From assembly GCA_951812955.1 (NCBI GenBank), contig OX638340.1, positions 1,568,001 through 1,632,000 of the forward strand: a stretch of DNA of 64,000 bases, given 5' to 3'. The notes beneath the pieces were generated by a model, which saw nothing but the letters and a program-made list of their open reading frames with translations, searched no databases and was not told the DNA's origin. Each line of letters begins with the position of its first letter. Position 1 is the stretch's first letter. The stretch is from an uncultured Gemmatimonadota bacterium (lineage in GTDB: Bacteria; JAAXHH01). This document shows positions 34,044 through 46,139 of this stretch, one piece after another. Position numbers and translations under genes: made by a program.

Positions 34044-35618
34044 ATGTCCCGGTCCGTACGCGTCCGCTTTGCCCCCAGCCCCACCGGACTGCTGCACATC
34101 GGCAGCGCCCACACGGGCCTGTTCAACTGGCTCTTTGCCCGCAAGGAAAAGGGCCGTTTTCTCCTGCGCATCGAAGATACCGACACCGCCCGATCCCGTC
34201 AGGAATGGGTCGATGCCATTTACGAGGTGCTGGAGTGGATGGGCATGGACTGGGACGAGGATGTGGTCTACCAATCCCGCCGTATTGAACGGCACGTTGA
34301 CCGCGCCCGGCATCTGGTCGAAACCGGCAGGGCCTACCGGTGCTACTACCTCCCTGAAGAGCTGGAAGCGAAGAAAAAGGAAGCCCTGGCGGAGGGCCGG
34401 TCCTGGCGAAACGACCGCCGCTACGCGGACATCACCGCCGCGGAGGCGGAAGCGCTGGAGGCCGAAGGCCGCAAGCCGGTCATCCGGCTCAAGATTCCCG
34501 AAGGCAAAACCATATTCCGGGACCGGATACTTGGCGAGATCGAGGTGGGGAACGAGACCATCGACGATTTCGTTATCGTACGGTCCAACGGCACGCCCCT
34601 GTACCACCTGGCCGTAGTGGTCGACGACGTGGACATGGAGGTGTCCCACGTCATCCGGGGCATCGACCACGTCACCAATACGACCAAGCACATCCACCTG
34701 TTCCAGGCCCTGGGCGCCGAGTTGCCCGAATTCGCCCATTTACCCAGTATTTTGGGAGAAGACAAGAAGAAGCTGTCGAAGCGCCACGGCGCCGCGTCCG
34801 TCTCCGAATACCGCGACGCCGGCTACCTGTCCGACGCCGTGGTCAACTTCCTCTCGCTGCTCGGGTGGCAGACAGGCGACGACCAGGAGTTCTTCACCCG
34901 CGCCGAACTCATGGAGCGATTCTCCCTGGACCAGGTCCACAAGCGGGACACCGTCTTTGACCTGCGCAAATTCGAGTGGCTGAACGGCCAGCACATCATG
35001 GCACTGTCCAACGAGGAACTGTGGACCCTGGCGAAGCCATTCCTGAAGCGCGAAGGGCTCGTTGGCGATCGGCCCAGCGGCAGCGAGAAGACCGACTGTC
35101 ATTCCGAAAGACAGACCGTCGACGGCAATACCAGCGGACAGCCCGAAGGACAGACTGATGGGCGGCCCAAAGGAAAGACCGCAGGCCACGCTTACGCGAT
35201 GGAAGTCGTCGCTCTGCTCAGGGAGCGATGCCGCACGTTGGCCGACTTCGCGGTCCAGGGAAGGTTCTTCTTCACGGACGACTTCGACTACAATTCAAAG
35301 GCCGTACGAAAGCACTGGGCGAAAGAGCCGGATGCCGTGTCCGAACGGATCGTCTGGCTCCGAGACGAGTTCGCGGTCCTCGAAGTGTTCGACGTCGAAG
35401 CAGTGGAGGGCGTCATCAGGGATCTGTCGGAACGTCACGGGCTGAAGGCGGCCCAGTTCATCCATCCCTGCCGCGTGGCGCTGACCGGTGAAATGGCCGG
35501 CCCGTCCCTGTTCCACCTGGTTGCCGTGCTGGGAAAAGCGGTATGTGTCGAACGCCTGAACCGCGCACTAGATCGTCTGCCGGACGCCATCGAGCAGGCG
35601 GCGGTGAACCAGGGCTAA
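34044..35618 (+). CDS. gltX: Glutamate--tRNA ligase (GluRS) with a low-complexity insertion in the C-terminal region
   Basis: Class I HIGH motif (PTGLLHIGSAHT) and KMSKS (KLSKR). Contains an unusual Gly/Gln/Thr-rich insert, GDRPSGSEKTDCHSERQTVDGNTSGQPEGQTDGRPKGKTAG. Confidence 0.9.
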   Translation: MSRSVRVRFAPSPTGLLHIGSAHTGLFNWLFARKEKGRFLLRIEDTDTARSRQEWVDAIYEVLEWMGMDWDEDVVYQSRRIERHVDRARHLVETGRAYRCYYLPEELEAKKKEALAEGRSWRNDRRYADITAAEAEALEAEGRKPVIRLKIPEGKTIFRDRILGEIEVGNETIDDFVIVRSNGTPLYHLAVVVDDVDMEVSHVIRGIDHVTNTTKHIHLFQALGAELPEFAHLPSILGEDKKKLSKRHGAASVSEYRDAGYLSDAVVNFLSLLGWQTGDDQEFFTRAELMERFSLDQVHKRDTVFDLRKFEWLNGQHIMALSNEELWTLAKPFLKREGLVGDRPSGSEKTDCHSERQTVDGNTSGQPEGQTDGRPKGKTAGHAYAMEVVALLRERCRTLADFAVQGRFFFTDDFDYNSKAVRKHWAKEPDAVSERIVWLRDEFAVLEVFDVEAVEGVIRDLSERHGLKAAQFIHPCRVALTGEMAGPSLFHLVAVLGKAVCVERLNRALDRLPDAIEQAAVNQG

Positions 35619-35705
35619 GATCGGTATTTTCCGAGTGTGACGATGCGTGATGAATCACGAAGAGGCACGACGAAGCACGACGAAACGTGATGAAAGGATA
35701 GCGCG

Positions 35706-36164
35706 ATGACCGATTCGAATGCCACAGAGAAACTCACCTTTTCGATTACCATCGACGCTTCTAGGGAACAGGTGTGGCACGCCCTGTTCGACGACGAACC
35801 GTTCCGGAAGTGGTCGCGCGAATTTGCCGAAGGATCCCACTTCGTTGGGGACTGGAGCGTGGGCAGCGAAATACGGTTCCTGGTCGAGGGCGATGACGGG
35901 ATGGTCAGCATGATCGACGAGAACCGCACGCACGAGTACATGTCCATCCGGCACATCGGGTACATCAGGAAGGGCGTGGAGGACAGGGAAAGCGACGAGG
36001 TGAAGTCGTGGTCACCGGCCTTCGAGAATTACACGCTGCGGGACGCCGACGGGAGCACCCATCTGACCGTGGTAACGGACACGTTCAATGACTTCGTGGA
36101 GTACTTCAACGAAACCTGGCCCAAGGCGCTGGAGGTTGTCAAACAGACCGCCGAGGCCGAATAA
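35706..36164 (+). CDS. SRPBCC superfamily protein (AHSA1/activator-of-Hsp90-ATPase-like, polyketide-cyclase-like fold)
   Basis: Size and motifs (ITIDASREQVWHALFDDEPFRKW) fit the AHSA1/SRPBCC family. Confidence 0.7.
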   Translation: MTDSNATEKLTFSITIDASREQVWHALFDDEPFRKWSREFAEGSHFVGDWSVGSEIRFLVEGDDGMVSMIDENRTHEYMSIRHIGYIRKGVEDRESDEVKSWSPAFENYTLRDADGSTHLTVVTDTFNDFVEYFNETWPKALEVVKQTAEAE

Positions 36165-36282
36165 GCCGGGTGGGTGGACGGCCTTCTACGCGGTACGGAC
36201 CGATGGGCGGAGTGACGATGGGCGGCATGCACGCGTGCTTTCGGTACCATCGGTACTCGACCAGCAACGCCGCGACCTTCAC

Positions 36283-37419
36283 TTACCCCCGCTTCCGGTA
36301 CCACCGGTACTCGACCAGCATGGCGATGACCAGCACACTGCAGCAGAGCACGTAAGGCATGCGCAGGCCGATGATCTGGGCCAGATATCCGCCGATCAGA
36401 GGCCCCGAAACCATGCCCAGCCCGATGAACATTTCGTTTCGGGCGCCCTTCTCTCCCTTTCTTTCTTCCTGGAAAAAAGAATAGAACTGGCTCGCCGAAA
36501 AGGCGGCGCCGACCAGCAACCCAACGGATCCGAAGGCAACGGCCAGTACCACGGGTGAATCCTGCGTCGCCACGACGATCATGCCGACCGCGGCGGTGAT
36601 CTGGGGGATGACAAGGGGCCTGAGCCGGAACTGCCACCAGGTGGTGTACTTCGCGACCAGGAAGATCAACATCTGTATGAACCTGGGAATGGCCAGGAGG
36701 ATGCCGAGCGTGTCGGGCCGGATGAGCAGCGAGGCGGCAAGTTTGGGAAACTGGTTGTTGAGCATGCCGATCATGAAGAAGGCCGTGAAACTGGCCGTCC
36801 AGGCGATCCAGCGGAAGCGCGCGATGTCCACGGGCGCGTGGGGTTCTTCCTCTGGCCCCTCTTCACGGACCGCGGTCGATCTGAACCACGGCAGGATGAT
36901 CGCCAGCGCGAGGAAGGCCATGCCGATGGTACCGGTCGCAAAGGGCACCCGGGGACCCACCAGGTAGAGGTAGCCTCCCGCCGCGGGTCCCAGCATGAAC
37001 CCCAGGGTCCAGAACATGTTGAACGTGCCAAGGGTCTTCACCATTTGCCCCCGACTGCGGTTCTCGGCCAGGATGGCCTGCAATGAAGGCCAGAAGAGGG
37101 CCAGCAATCCCCATCCCAGGGCGGCGCCGACTAGCAGCATCCAGTAGTTTACCGCGAAATAGAGCATGCAGAAAACCGCCGCGGTCAGGCCGGCGGCGAT
37201 GGCCAGGAGCCGGCGACGGTCGAACCGGTCCGCCAGTTTGCCTGTGAAGGTGCAGCCCACGGTGAAACTGAGCGAGCCAGCGGTGCCTATGAACCCCAGT
37301 TCCACCACCGACGCGCCCATGTCGAGGGCTCGCAGGGGCACGGCGAAGGAAACCAGGCCCGTGCAGAAGTCCATGGCGAAAGCTGTGATAAAGAGGAAGT
37401 AGTCGGAACGCTTGAGCAC
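36283..37419 (-). CDS. MFS (major facilitator superfamily) transporter
   Basis: Twelve predicted TM helices. MFS motif A-like GKLADRFDRRRLL between TM2 and TM3. Confidence 0.8.
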   Translation of the reverse strand: MLKRSDYFLFITAFAMDFCTGLVSFAVPLRALDMGASVVELGFIGTAGSLSFTVGCTFTGKLADRFDRRRLLAIAAGLTAAVFCMLYFAVNYWMLLVGAALGWGLLALFWPSLQAILAENRSRGQMVKTLGTFNMFWTLGFMLGPAAGGYLYLVGPRVPFATGTIGMAFLALAIILPWFRSTAVREEGPEEEPHAPVDIARFRWIAWTASFTAFFMIGMLNNQFPKLAASLLIRPDTLGILLAIPRFIQMLIFLVAKYTTWWQFRLRPLVIPQITAAVGMIVVATQDSPVVLAVAFGSVGLLVGAAFSASQFYSFFQEERKGEKGARNEMFIGLGMVSGPLIGGYLAQIIGLRMPYVLCCSVLVIAMLVEYRWYRKRG

Positions 37420-37474
37420 GGGTCAGGTAAGACTCCGGATGTCATGGGTCATGGGACGTGTCTGCACGGCGGGC

Positions 37475-39199
37475 CTATGAGAGGCTTCGCTGGGCCGTGC
37501 CACGGGAGAAGTAGTTGGAACCCAGTAGCACGACGGACACGAGCAGCAGGAGCAGGACGGCGTAGGCCGCGGCGCTGCCGATGTTGAACTGGCGCAGGTG
37601 GGACAGAATCTCCATGGCGATTGGACGGTTGTCGTAGACGTACAGGAGGATGGACGCCACGAATTCGCCCAGGGCGGTGACAAAGGCAAGCAGTGTGCCG
37701 GCGAGCACGCCGGGTCCGATGAGCGGCAGGGTGACGCGGCGGAAGGCGTAGAACCACCCCGCGCCGAGGTTGCGCGCCGCTTCTTCCAGGGAGTCGTCCA
37801 GCTGTCTGAAGGCCGCCGCTGAAGCCCGGAACACGATGGGCAGGTGGCGGACGAAATAGGCGATGGGCAACAGCCAGAATGAGCCCACGAGCACCTGGCC
37901 GAAGCTGAAGGGCGTGCCCTGGCTGAAGGCGACGATCAGGTTGATGGCCACCACGGTGCCGGGCAGCGCCCAGGGCACCATCACGAGGGCGTCGAGCAGT
38001 TTGCGGCCCCGGAATGCGCCCTTCACCACCAGGTAGGCCGCGCTGACCCCTATGGCCACGTCGGCCGCCGTGGAAATCACCGCCATGTTCACACTGTTCC
38101 GGATCGGTTCCCAGAAGGTGGGATCCTGGAAAAGCCTGCCGTAGTTGTCCGATGTATATACCTGGGGCAGAATCTGGTGCGTCCACGTACCATCCTGTAC
38201 GAAGGAAAGCAGGAGGATGGTCAGATGGGGCAGCAGGAGCACGATCACCATGGCGATACCGGCACCACCCGCGAGCAGGCGCGCCCAGCGCCCGCGTATC
38301 TCGCGCCGAAGAACAGCCGTGCCCTTGGTGCTCATGGTGTATTGCCGGCGCCCCTCGTAGTGGCGCATCCAGAAGAGAAAGGCGATGGAGAAAGCGGAGA
38401 GGACCACGGTCTGCGTGACAGCCATGGCCATGTCGCCGTTCAGTTTGGACGTGTAGATGTTGAGGCTGAGAAAACGGAATCCCCCGGCGAAGATGAACGG
38501 CGCGCTGAAGGAGTTCATGGACGTCATGAAGACCAGGAGCGTGGCGCCCACCAGCGCCGGCGTCAGCAGGGGCAGGGTGACGGATCGGAAACTGAACCAG
38601 GACGACGCGCCCAGGTTGCGGGCCGCCTCCATGACCGCCGGATCGATGCCTCTCAGCGCGGCCGAAGTGAACAGGTAGAAGAAGACGTACATCGTATAAC
38701 CGTGCACGAGCAGCACGGCCCACACCCCGTTCAGCGAGAAGGGCGGCCGTTCCAGGCCAAGGGCCGCCTGGATGAGTCGCGGGACCATACCGCTTTCGCT
38801 GTAGAGAAAGAGGAATGCGAGCACACCCACCAGGGGCGGCAGGACGATAGGCAGCGTGGCCAGCGCCGAGAAGACGGACCGGCCCGGAAAGTCGTAGTGG
38901 GTGAAGATGAGGGCCAGGGGCACGCCGATCAGCGCCGAGAGCAGCACGCTCCCCACGGAGACCATGACACTGTTGAAGAGACCCTCCATGTAGGAGGGGT
39001 ATTCGGGATCGAAAAACTCGCCGTAATTGCCGAAGCCGAACTGTCCCTCGCGGAACAGGCTCTCCCAGAGCACAAGTGCGGCGGGATAGACGACGTAGCC
39101 GAGGAGGATGAATCCCAGCAGGATGAATACGAAGGTCCGGGGCTGGCGAAGGGCGGTGAGTAGGGCACCGGGCTGGCGGAGGGTGGCGGGCTGGGTCAT
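37475..39199 (-). CDS. ABC transporter permease, iron(III)/thiamine-type (FbpB/ThiP-like, two fused BPD_transp_1 domains)
   Basis: 574 aa with duplicated permease domains and EAA-like loops. Chosen over the overlapping Arg/Pro-rich 595-aa frame, which lacks TM character. Confidence 0.85.
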   Translation of the reverse strand: MTQPATLRQPGALLTALRQPRTFVFILLGFILLGYVVYPAALVLWESLFREGQFGFGNYGEFFDPEYPSYMEGLFNSVMVSVGSVLLSALIGVPLALIFTHYDFPGRSVFSALATLPIVLPPLVGVLAFLFLYSESGMVPRLIQAALGLERPPFSLNGVWAVLLVHGYTMYVFFYLFTSAALRGIDPAVMEAARNLGASSWFSFRSVTLPLLTPALVGATLLVFMTSMNSFSAPFIFAGGFRFLSLNIYTSKLNGDMAMAVTQTVVLSAFSIAFLFWMRHYEGRRQYTMSTKGTAVLRREIRGRWARLLAGGAGIAMVIVLLLPHLTILLLSFVQDGTWTHQILPQVYTSDNYGRLFQDPTFWEPIRNSVNMAVISTAADVAIGVSAAYLVVKGAFRGRKLLDALVMVPWALPGTVVAINLIVAFSQGTPFSFGQVLVGSFWLLPIAYFVRHLPIVFRASAAAFRQLDDSLEEAARNLGAGWFYAFRRVTLPLIGPGVLAGTLLAFVTALGEFVASILLYVYDNRPIAMEILSHLRQFNIGSAAAYAVLLLLLVSVVLLGSNYFSRGTAQRSLS

Positions 39200-39207
39200 G
39201 ATCCGGT

Positions 39208-40329
39208 TCAGTCCCCCAGGATGACCGCCTGGTCACCAGGGATGTGGACGCGCACCGTATCGCCCGGCTGACTTGATGCCATTGGAACTACCGCATTCTC
39301 GACGACCTGGATGGGCACGCCCCCGGCATCGATGGTGAACTCGACAGTCGCGCCTTTGAAACGCCGAGTGGAAACGATACCAGCAATGGTGCTTTCCGCG
39401 TCATCGCCGGTCAACCGTGCGGCCTGGGGATGCAGAGCCAGGTGAACGGCGCCTTCGGCGTGTTTGGCGCTTTCTGCCGATTCGGCCTCTGCGGACGGCG
39501 AGGACGGCGCACCTTCATCGGCCGGCGTGGCCGGCGCGGGCAGCGGGACGGTCAGTCCGCTTTCATGTCGGAATACGGTACCGCCCCTTTCGGACGAGAC
39601 CACGCCCTCCCACAGGTTCATGTTGCCCATGAAGGCGGCCACGAAGCGGTTGGCCGGCCTGCGATAAATCACCTCCGGCCGGTCCAGCTGCCGGCACTCG
39701 CCCTCCTCCATCACCGCGATCCGATCGGAAACGGCCAGCGCTTCCTCCTGGTCGTGGGTGACGTAAACGGCCGTGATGCCCAGTTTCGTCTGCAGCTCCC
39801 GGATCTGGTCCCGCGTCTCCTCACGCAACTTGGTATCCAGGTTGGACAGGGGTTCGTCGAGCAGCAACAGGTCGGGTTCGATGACCACGGCCCGGGCAAG
39901 GGCCACCCGCTGCTGCTGTCCGCCCGACAACTGGGGTACGGGACGCCTTTCCAGCCCGGTCAGCCCCACCAGGTCGAGCGCCCGCGCCACACGGTCGGCT
40001 ATCTCGGGTCCGGCCACCTTCCGGGTGCGCAGACCAAAGGCCACGTTCTCGAAAACGGTCATATGGGGGAAGAGGGCGTAGTTCTGGAAGACCATCCCGG
40101 TGTTGCGCCGGTGGGCGGGTAGACTGGTGACGTCCTGGCCGTCGAAGTGTACCGCGCCGGACGTGGGGAAGATGAACCCGGCGATCATGCGGAGTATGGT
40201 GGTCTTCCCGCAGCCACTCGGTCCCAGCAGGCTGAAGAACTCACCGTCGGCGACGGTCAGGCTGATGCCCTTGACGACCGGGGTGTCGTCGAAATGCTTG
40301 GTGAGGCGATCGAGGGTGACCTGGGCCAT
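39208..40329 (-). CDS. ABC transporter ATP-binding protein (FbpC/PotA-like with C-terminal TOBE domain)
   Basis: Walker [10 protein letters not shown], signature LSGGQQQR, Walker B LLLLDEPLS, plus a C-terminal TOBE-like region. Confidence 0.9.
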   Translation of the reverse strand: MAQVTLDRLTKHFDDTPVVKGISLTVADGEFFSLLGPSGCGKTTILRMIAGFIFPTSGAVHFDGQDVTSLPAHRRNTGMVFQNYALFPHMTVFENVAFGLRTRKVAGPEIADRVARALDLVGLTGLERRPVPQLSGGQQQRVALARAVVIEPDLLLLDEPLSNLDTKLREETRDQIRELQTKLGITAVYVTHDQEEALAVSDRIAVMEEGECRQLDRPEVIYRRPANRFVAAFMGNMNLWEGVVSSERGGTVFRHESGLTVPLPAPATPADEGAPSSPSAEAESAESAKHAEGAVHLALHPQAARLTGDDAESTIAGIVSTRRFKGATVEFTIDAGGVPIQVVENAVVPMASSQPGDTVRVHIPGDQAVILGD

Positions 40330-40371
40330 GGGCGTATATCGTTAGGGAACCGTTGCGGAAGGCGAAAGGAC

Positions 40372-41403
40372 TTAACCCCGGTCCTTGATGTTGTCGTCCC
40401 AGTACTTCATCCAGGTCCTTGACTGTTCGGAGAATACCTTCCAGTCGATGTCGAAGGGAGCGACGGAAAGATCGGCCATCCACGAGGGGAGAAGTTCCCT
40501 GGGTATGTCGCCGCGGGTCGGGATCCGGTAATACTCGGTGGCCTGCACGACCGTGTGGTCGACATTGGTCACGAATTCGTAGAACAGCCGGGCGTCGTTC
40601 GGATTCTTGCTGTTGGCGATGAGCGCGATGCCGTCGGTCAGCACCGGCGCGCCGCTGGCCGGCACCACGAAATCGAAGGGATAGTCGTACCGGTCCACCT
40701 GCAGCATGATGTCGCTCATGAGCCAGATGGAAACCAGCCCTTCCTTCCGGGCGAGCTTCTGGAACATCATGTTCGGGTCGGCGGCGTAATCCTTCGTGTT
40801 GGCGTCGAGCCGCGTGAGCCATTCATACCCCGCGTCGGGCAGGCCGGAATCCCGGTACGTGCGCCAGATCATCCCCGAGTATACCGTCCGCATCGTGCCC
40901 GAAGCCAGGGGGTAACGGATCACGATCAGGTCCCGCCACTTCGGATCGAGGAGTTCGTCCCAGTCCCGGGGCGCCGTTTCACTGGTCAGCTCGAGATTGT
41001 TGAAGGCGATTACGGGAATCAGCTGCGCCGTGCCGTACCAGTGGTCTTCCTCGTCCCGGAACTCAGGGAGCACGGCTTCCGCCCAGGTAGGCCGGTAGGG
41101 ACTGAGCAGGCCCTCGTCGGCTGCCTGGATGAAGTTGGTCGCCGGCGCGCCCCACCAGACGTCTCCCTGGGGATTGGCCCGTTCGGAGCGTACCCGGTCG
41201 AGCACGTCCTGCGAACCCATGTCGAGCCAGCGGATGTCGACATCCGGATGCGCGGCCTCGAAGCGTTTTTCGAACTCGGGCAGGATCGGTTTTCCGTGGG
41301 GAGAATAGACCGTCACGATCCGTTTGTCGGGATCGCCGCCGGTGCAGCCCATCGCCAGGACGGCCACGCACAGTGCGATCGTTGACCATTTCAAGTGTGT
41401 CAT
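40372..41403 (-). CDS. ABC transporter periplasmic substrate-binding lipoprotein (iron(III)/FbpA-like family)
   Basis: Lipobox LAMGCTGG. SBP_bac_1/8-like sequence. Operonic with the FbpBC-like genes. Start chosen at MTHLKW; the ORF extends to 41505. Confidence 0.8.
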   Translation of the reverse strand: MTHLKWSTIALCVAVLAMGCTGGDPDKRIVTVYSPHGKPILPEFEKRFEAAHPDVDIRWLDMGSQDVLDRVRSERANPQGDVWWGAPATNFIQAADEGLLSPYRPTWAEAVLPEFRDEEDHWYGTAQLIPVIAFNNLELTSETAPRDWDELLDPKWRDLIVIRYPLASGTMRTVYSGMIWRTYRDSGLPDAGYEWLTRLDANTKDYAADPNMMFQKLARKEGLVSIWLMSDIMLQVDRYDYPFDFVVPASGAPVLTDGIALIANSKNPNDARLFYEFVTNVDHTVVQATEYYRIPTRGDIPRELLPSWMADLSVAPFDIDWKVFSEQSRTWMKYWDDNIKDRG

Positions 41404-41595
41404 GAACCCATCCCGCGAACGTGCCAATACCGATTCAGGAGCCCAGCCACGGCGCCGCGTATTGACGTGCAAGCGCCAGCGCAAGGCGTGGCTAGATATT
41501 ACCACGAAGCGGAAAGGGTGTCAACGCGGATTTGACGACAGGTCCGGTGGAATCGTGCCACGAAACCACGGGGCGCCGGGATCCCGCCGTATGGA

Positions 41596-42378
41596 TCAGG
41601 CAAGCCGGACTACCTCGGCCTTCGACCGGAATAGTTCCCCGCAGTAGATCCCTTCAAATGCCGAACCGCGTACGGTCTCGACGATACGGCGGGCCAGCGC
41701 GCGGCCGTCCTCGTCACCGGCACAGGAAAGATACAGGGATAGGGGAACGGATTCCGGGAAGGCGCGCTGGTACGCGTCGGGGTGACTGACCACCCCTGCG
41801 ATCACTTCCGGCGTTACGGGTTCGCCCTGTGCCAACCCGGTCAACCTGGCTACGCGCTCCGGGCGGTGCACCTGCCGGTCGTTCAGGAGGATGCCAACGG
41901 ACTTCAGGCTGGCGACGACTACGCCGCGGGTCGTCCCCGCCGGCACCACGGGCTCGTGGTCTCCCGGCGCCTTAAACAACCTCGCTCGGGCGCCGTCGGC
42001 CTTCATCAGCAGCAGGTCGGGCGCGCAGATCTTCCGCAAAGTGTCCAGTTCCTCCGTTTCCAGGCCCTTGAGCTTATCGGGCCTGGGCCGGGATCGGAGG
42101 ACCGTCAAGTGCCGGCGCGTTTTCAGTTCGCGGGGAAGGATCTCGGGCCAGTCCGGCGTCTCGCCGGTCACGTAGAACCCGCGGGTCTGCTTCGACGTGG
42201 GGGGATGGAGATGGGTCGTGGACGTGGTGATCACGGCGTAACCCCGGTCGACGGCTTCGCCCGCCAGCCGGTACATCAGCGTGGCCTTGCCGCCGCTGCC
42301 CACGATGGCTACGGCCTCTCCCCGGCTGATACAGAACATGTCCAGATAAGGCGTTTCCGGCGAACGACCGCTCACCAT
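41596..42378 (-). CDS. YqeC-like protein (putative selenium-dependent hydroxylase accessory protein family) - tentative
   Basis: N-terminal P-loop-like AIVGSGGKATLMYRLA and overall size resemble the YqeC family. No partner genes are nearby, so the call is low-confidence. Confidence 0.4.
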   Translation of the reverse strand: MVSGRSPETPYLDMFCISRGEAVAIVGSGGKATLMYRLAGEAVDRGYAVITTSTTHLHPPTSKQTRGFYVTGETPDWPEILPRELKTRRHLTVLRSRPRPDKLKGLETEELDTLRKICAPDLLLMKADGARARLFKAPGDHEPVVPAGTTRGVVVASLKSVGILLNDRQVHRPERVARLTGLAQGEPVTPEVIAGVVSHPDAYQRAFPESVPLSLYLSCAGDEDGRALARRIVETVRGSAFEGIYCGELFRSKAEVVRLA

Positions 42379-43094
42379 TCACCCCGCGGATTGATGTGGA
42401 TCGTTCGGGGCAGGTTCTTCAGGAAGCGCCGCACGAGGGCCATGCCCACGAGGAATCCGCCGATGTGCGCGTACCAGGCCACGCCGTCGCTGCCGATGCC
42501 CAGAATCTGCCGCAGGAACCAGATCCCAAGGATGATGACTGCGGGCACGTGGATAATCTGGATGAAGATGAACAGCAGGATGAAGGTCTTGATGTAGGCC
42601 CGAGGGTACAGGATGAAATAGGCGCCCAGGACGCCCGCGATGGCGCCGCTGGCGCCGATCATGGGAATGGCGGAATCGGGCTCGGAGATCACGTGCACCA
42701 GGGTGGCGCAGAGGCCAGTCAGTATATAGAAGAGCAGGAAGCGGCCCGAACCCATGGCGCTTTCCACGCTGTTGCCGAAGATCCACAGGTATAGCATGTT
42801 GCCGGCGAGATGCATGAAACCCCCGTGAACGAACATGGCCGTGAACAGCGTCAGGGGGAAGGGCACCAGGGCGTCGGGGTAATGCAGGGAGGTACCCGGA
42901 ATGGGAATGACGTCCCGGTCGACGAAACGGGTCAGTTCAAAGGGTATGGCCGCCGTCTTGAAAATGAATATCTGCTCACCCACCGGTCCCAGGACAAACT
43001 GGAATAGAAAGACCGCCGCGTTGGCGGCGAGCAGCGCGTAGGTGATAACGGGCCGGGAGAATGACGGGCTTTCAGCCTGGAGCGGTAGGAGCAT
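42372..43094 (-). CDS. Rhomboid family intramembrane serine protease
   Basis: Six TM helices. Catalytic GASGAIAGVLGAY (GxSG) and HIGGFLVGMAL (His) motifs. Confidence 0.8.
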   Translation of the reverse strand: MLLPLQAESPSFSRPVITYALLAANAAVFLFQFVLGPVGEQIFIFKTAAIPFELTRFVDRDVIPIPGTSLHYPDALVPFPLTLFTAMFVHGGFMHLAGNMLYLWIFGNSVESAMGSGRFLLFYILTGLCATLVHVISEPDSAIPMIGASGAIAGVLGAYFILYPRAYIKTFILLFIFIQIIHVPAVIILGIWFLRQILGIGSDGVAWYAHIGGFLVGMALVRRFLKNLPRTIHINPRGEW

Positions 43095-43156
43095 GGGAAG
43101 GAGGTCGGTTCGTTACCGGCGGGACGGGGATCCATCCGGCCGGAAAAGGTTCCGTC

Positions 43157-45139
<1,983 letters not shown>

Positions 45140-45241
45140 AGGAAAACCCGTCGAGAAGTTTGGCGTAATTTCGACTGGCTAAAGAGGTGCCGCGACCCGT
45201 ATAATATATGCCGAAACAGCCTTAAACGCAAAGGAGAGAAA

Positions 45242-46066
45242 ATGTCTCATCCATTGTTTGACCTGAGCGGACGCGTCGCCCTGGTCTCCGGCGCGGCCAG
45301 CGGCATGGGCCGGGCGGCGTCCATCGGATTCGCCGAAGCGGGGGCGGATCTCATGCTGGCCGATATAAACGAGGAAGGCCTGCAGGATACGGTAAAAGAG
45401 ATCACGCGCCTGGGCCGCCGTGCCGAACCGGTCGTGTGCGACGTCTCCAACGGCGCGCAGATCCGCGCGATGTTCGCAAAGCTGGACGAAACCTACGGAC
45501 GCATCGACGTACTCGCCAACATCGCCGGCGAGGGCGGCGCCCACCGGTCGCCCCTGGAGATCACCGAAGCGGGACTCATCCAGACCCTGAACAACCTGGT
45601 CGTCGGGCGGTATGTCTGCTGCCAGGAAGGCGCTAAGCGCATGATCGACGCCGGCCGGGGCAGCATCATCAACATCGTGTCCATCGCCGGGCTATCGGCC
45701 CTCGGCCGCGGCCACATGGCCTACAGCATCGCCATGGGCGGCGTGGCCCAGATGGTTCGGGAGATGAGCACCGAATGGAGCAGCAAGGGGGTGCGCGTCA
45801 ACGCCATCGTGTGCGCCCAGATCATGAACAGGGACCTGGAGCGCCGCATCGGCGCCGATGCCAAGCTGGGCGACACTTATCTGCGGGGTATCCCCATCGG
45901 CCGTCTGGGCAAATCGGAAGACATCCAGGGTCTCGCCATCTTCCTCGCCTCCGACGCTTCAAGCTGGGTCACCGGGGCGCTGATGCCGCTGGATGGCGGC
46001 AACACGGCCAAGAACGCGGGCGGGTCGCATCCAAGACAGCCGAATGCGCCGGACGAGCAGAAGTAG
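45242..46066 (+). CDS. SDR family short-chain dehydrogenase/reductase
   Basis: TGxxxGxG-type ALVSGAASGMGRA, NAG-like region NIAG, and a catalytic YxxxK region. Confidence 0.85.
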   Translation: MSHPLFDLSGRVALVSGAASGMGRAASIGFAEAGADLMLADINEEGLQDTVKEITRLGRRAEPVVCDVSNGAQIRAMFAKLDETYGRIDVLANIAGEGGAHRSPLEITEAGLIQTLNNLVVGRYVCCQEGAKRMIDAGRGSIINIVSIAGLSALGRGHMAYSIAMGGVAQMVREMSTEWSSKGVRVNAIVCAQIMNRDLERRIGADAKLGDTYLRGIPIGRLGKSEDIQGLAIFLASDASSWVTGALMPLDGGNTAKNAGGSHPRQPNAPDEQK

Positions 46067-46139
46067 GGCCGATCACGATAAGGTCGCAATTCCAGTACAA
46101 TACTCAGGATCGGTTGAATAGGGCTCAGCACGCGGCGGA

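Noticed and set aside
38177-39163. 328-aa plus-strand ORF antisense to the ABC permease
   Set aside because: Highly charged (Glu/Arg/Gly/His-rich) low-complexity shadow ORF.
37449-39236. 595-aa alternative minus-strand frame overlapping the ABC permease
   Set aside because: Arg/Pro/Gly-rich with no TM helices. The 574-aa frame (37475-39199) has the 12-TM permease character and EAA loops.
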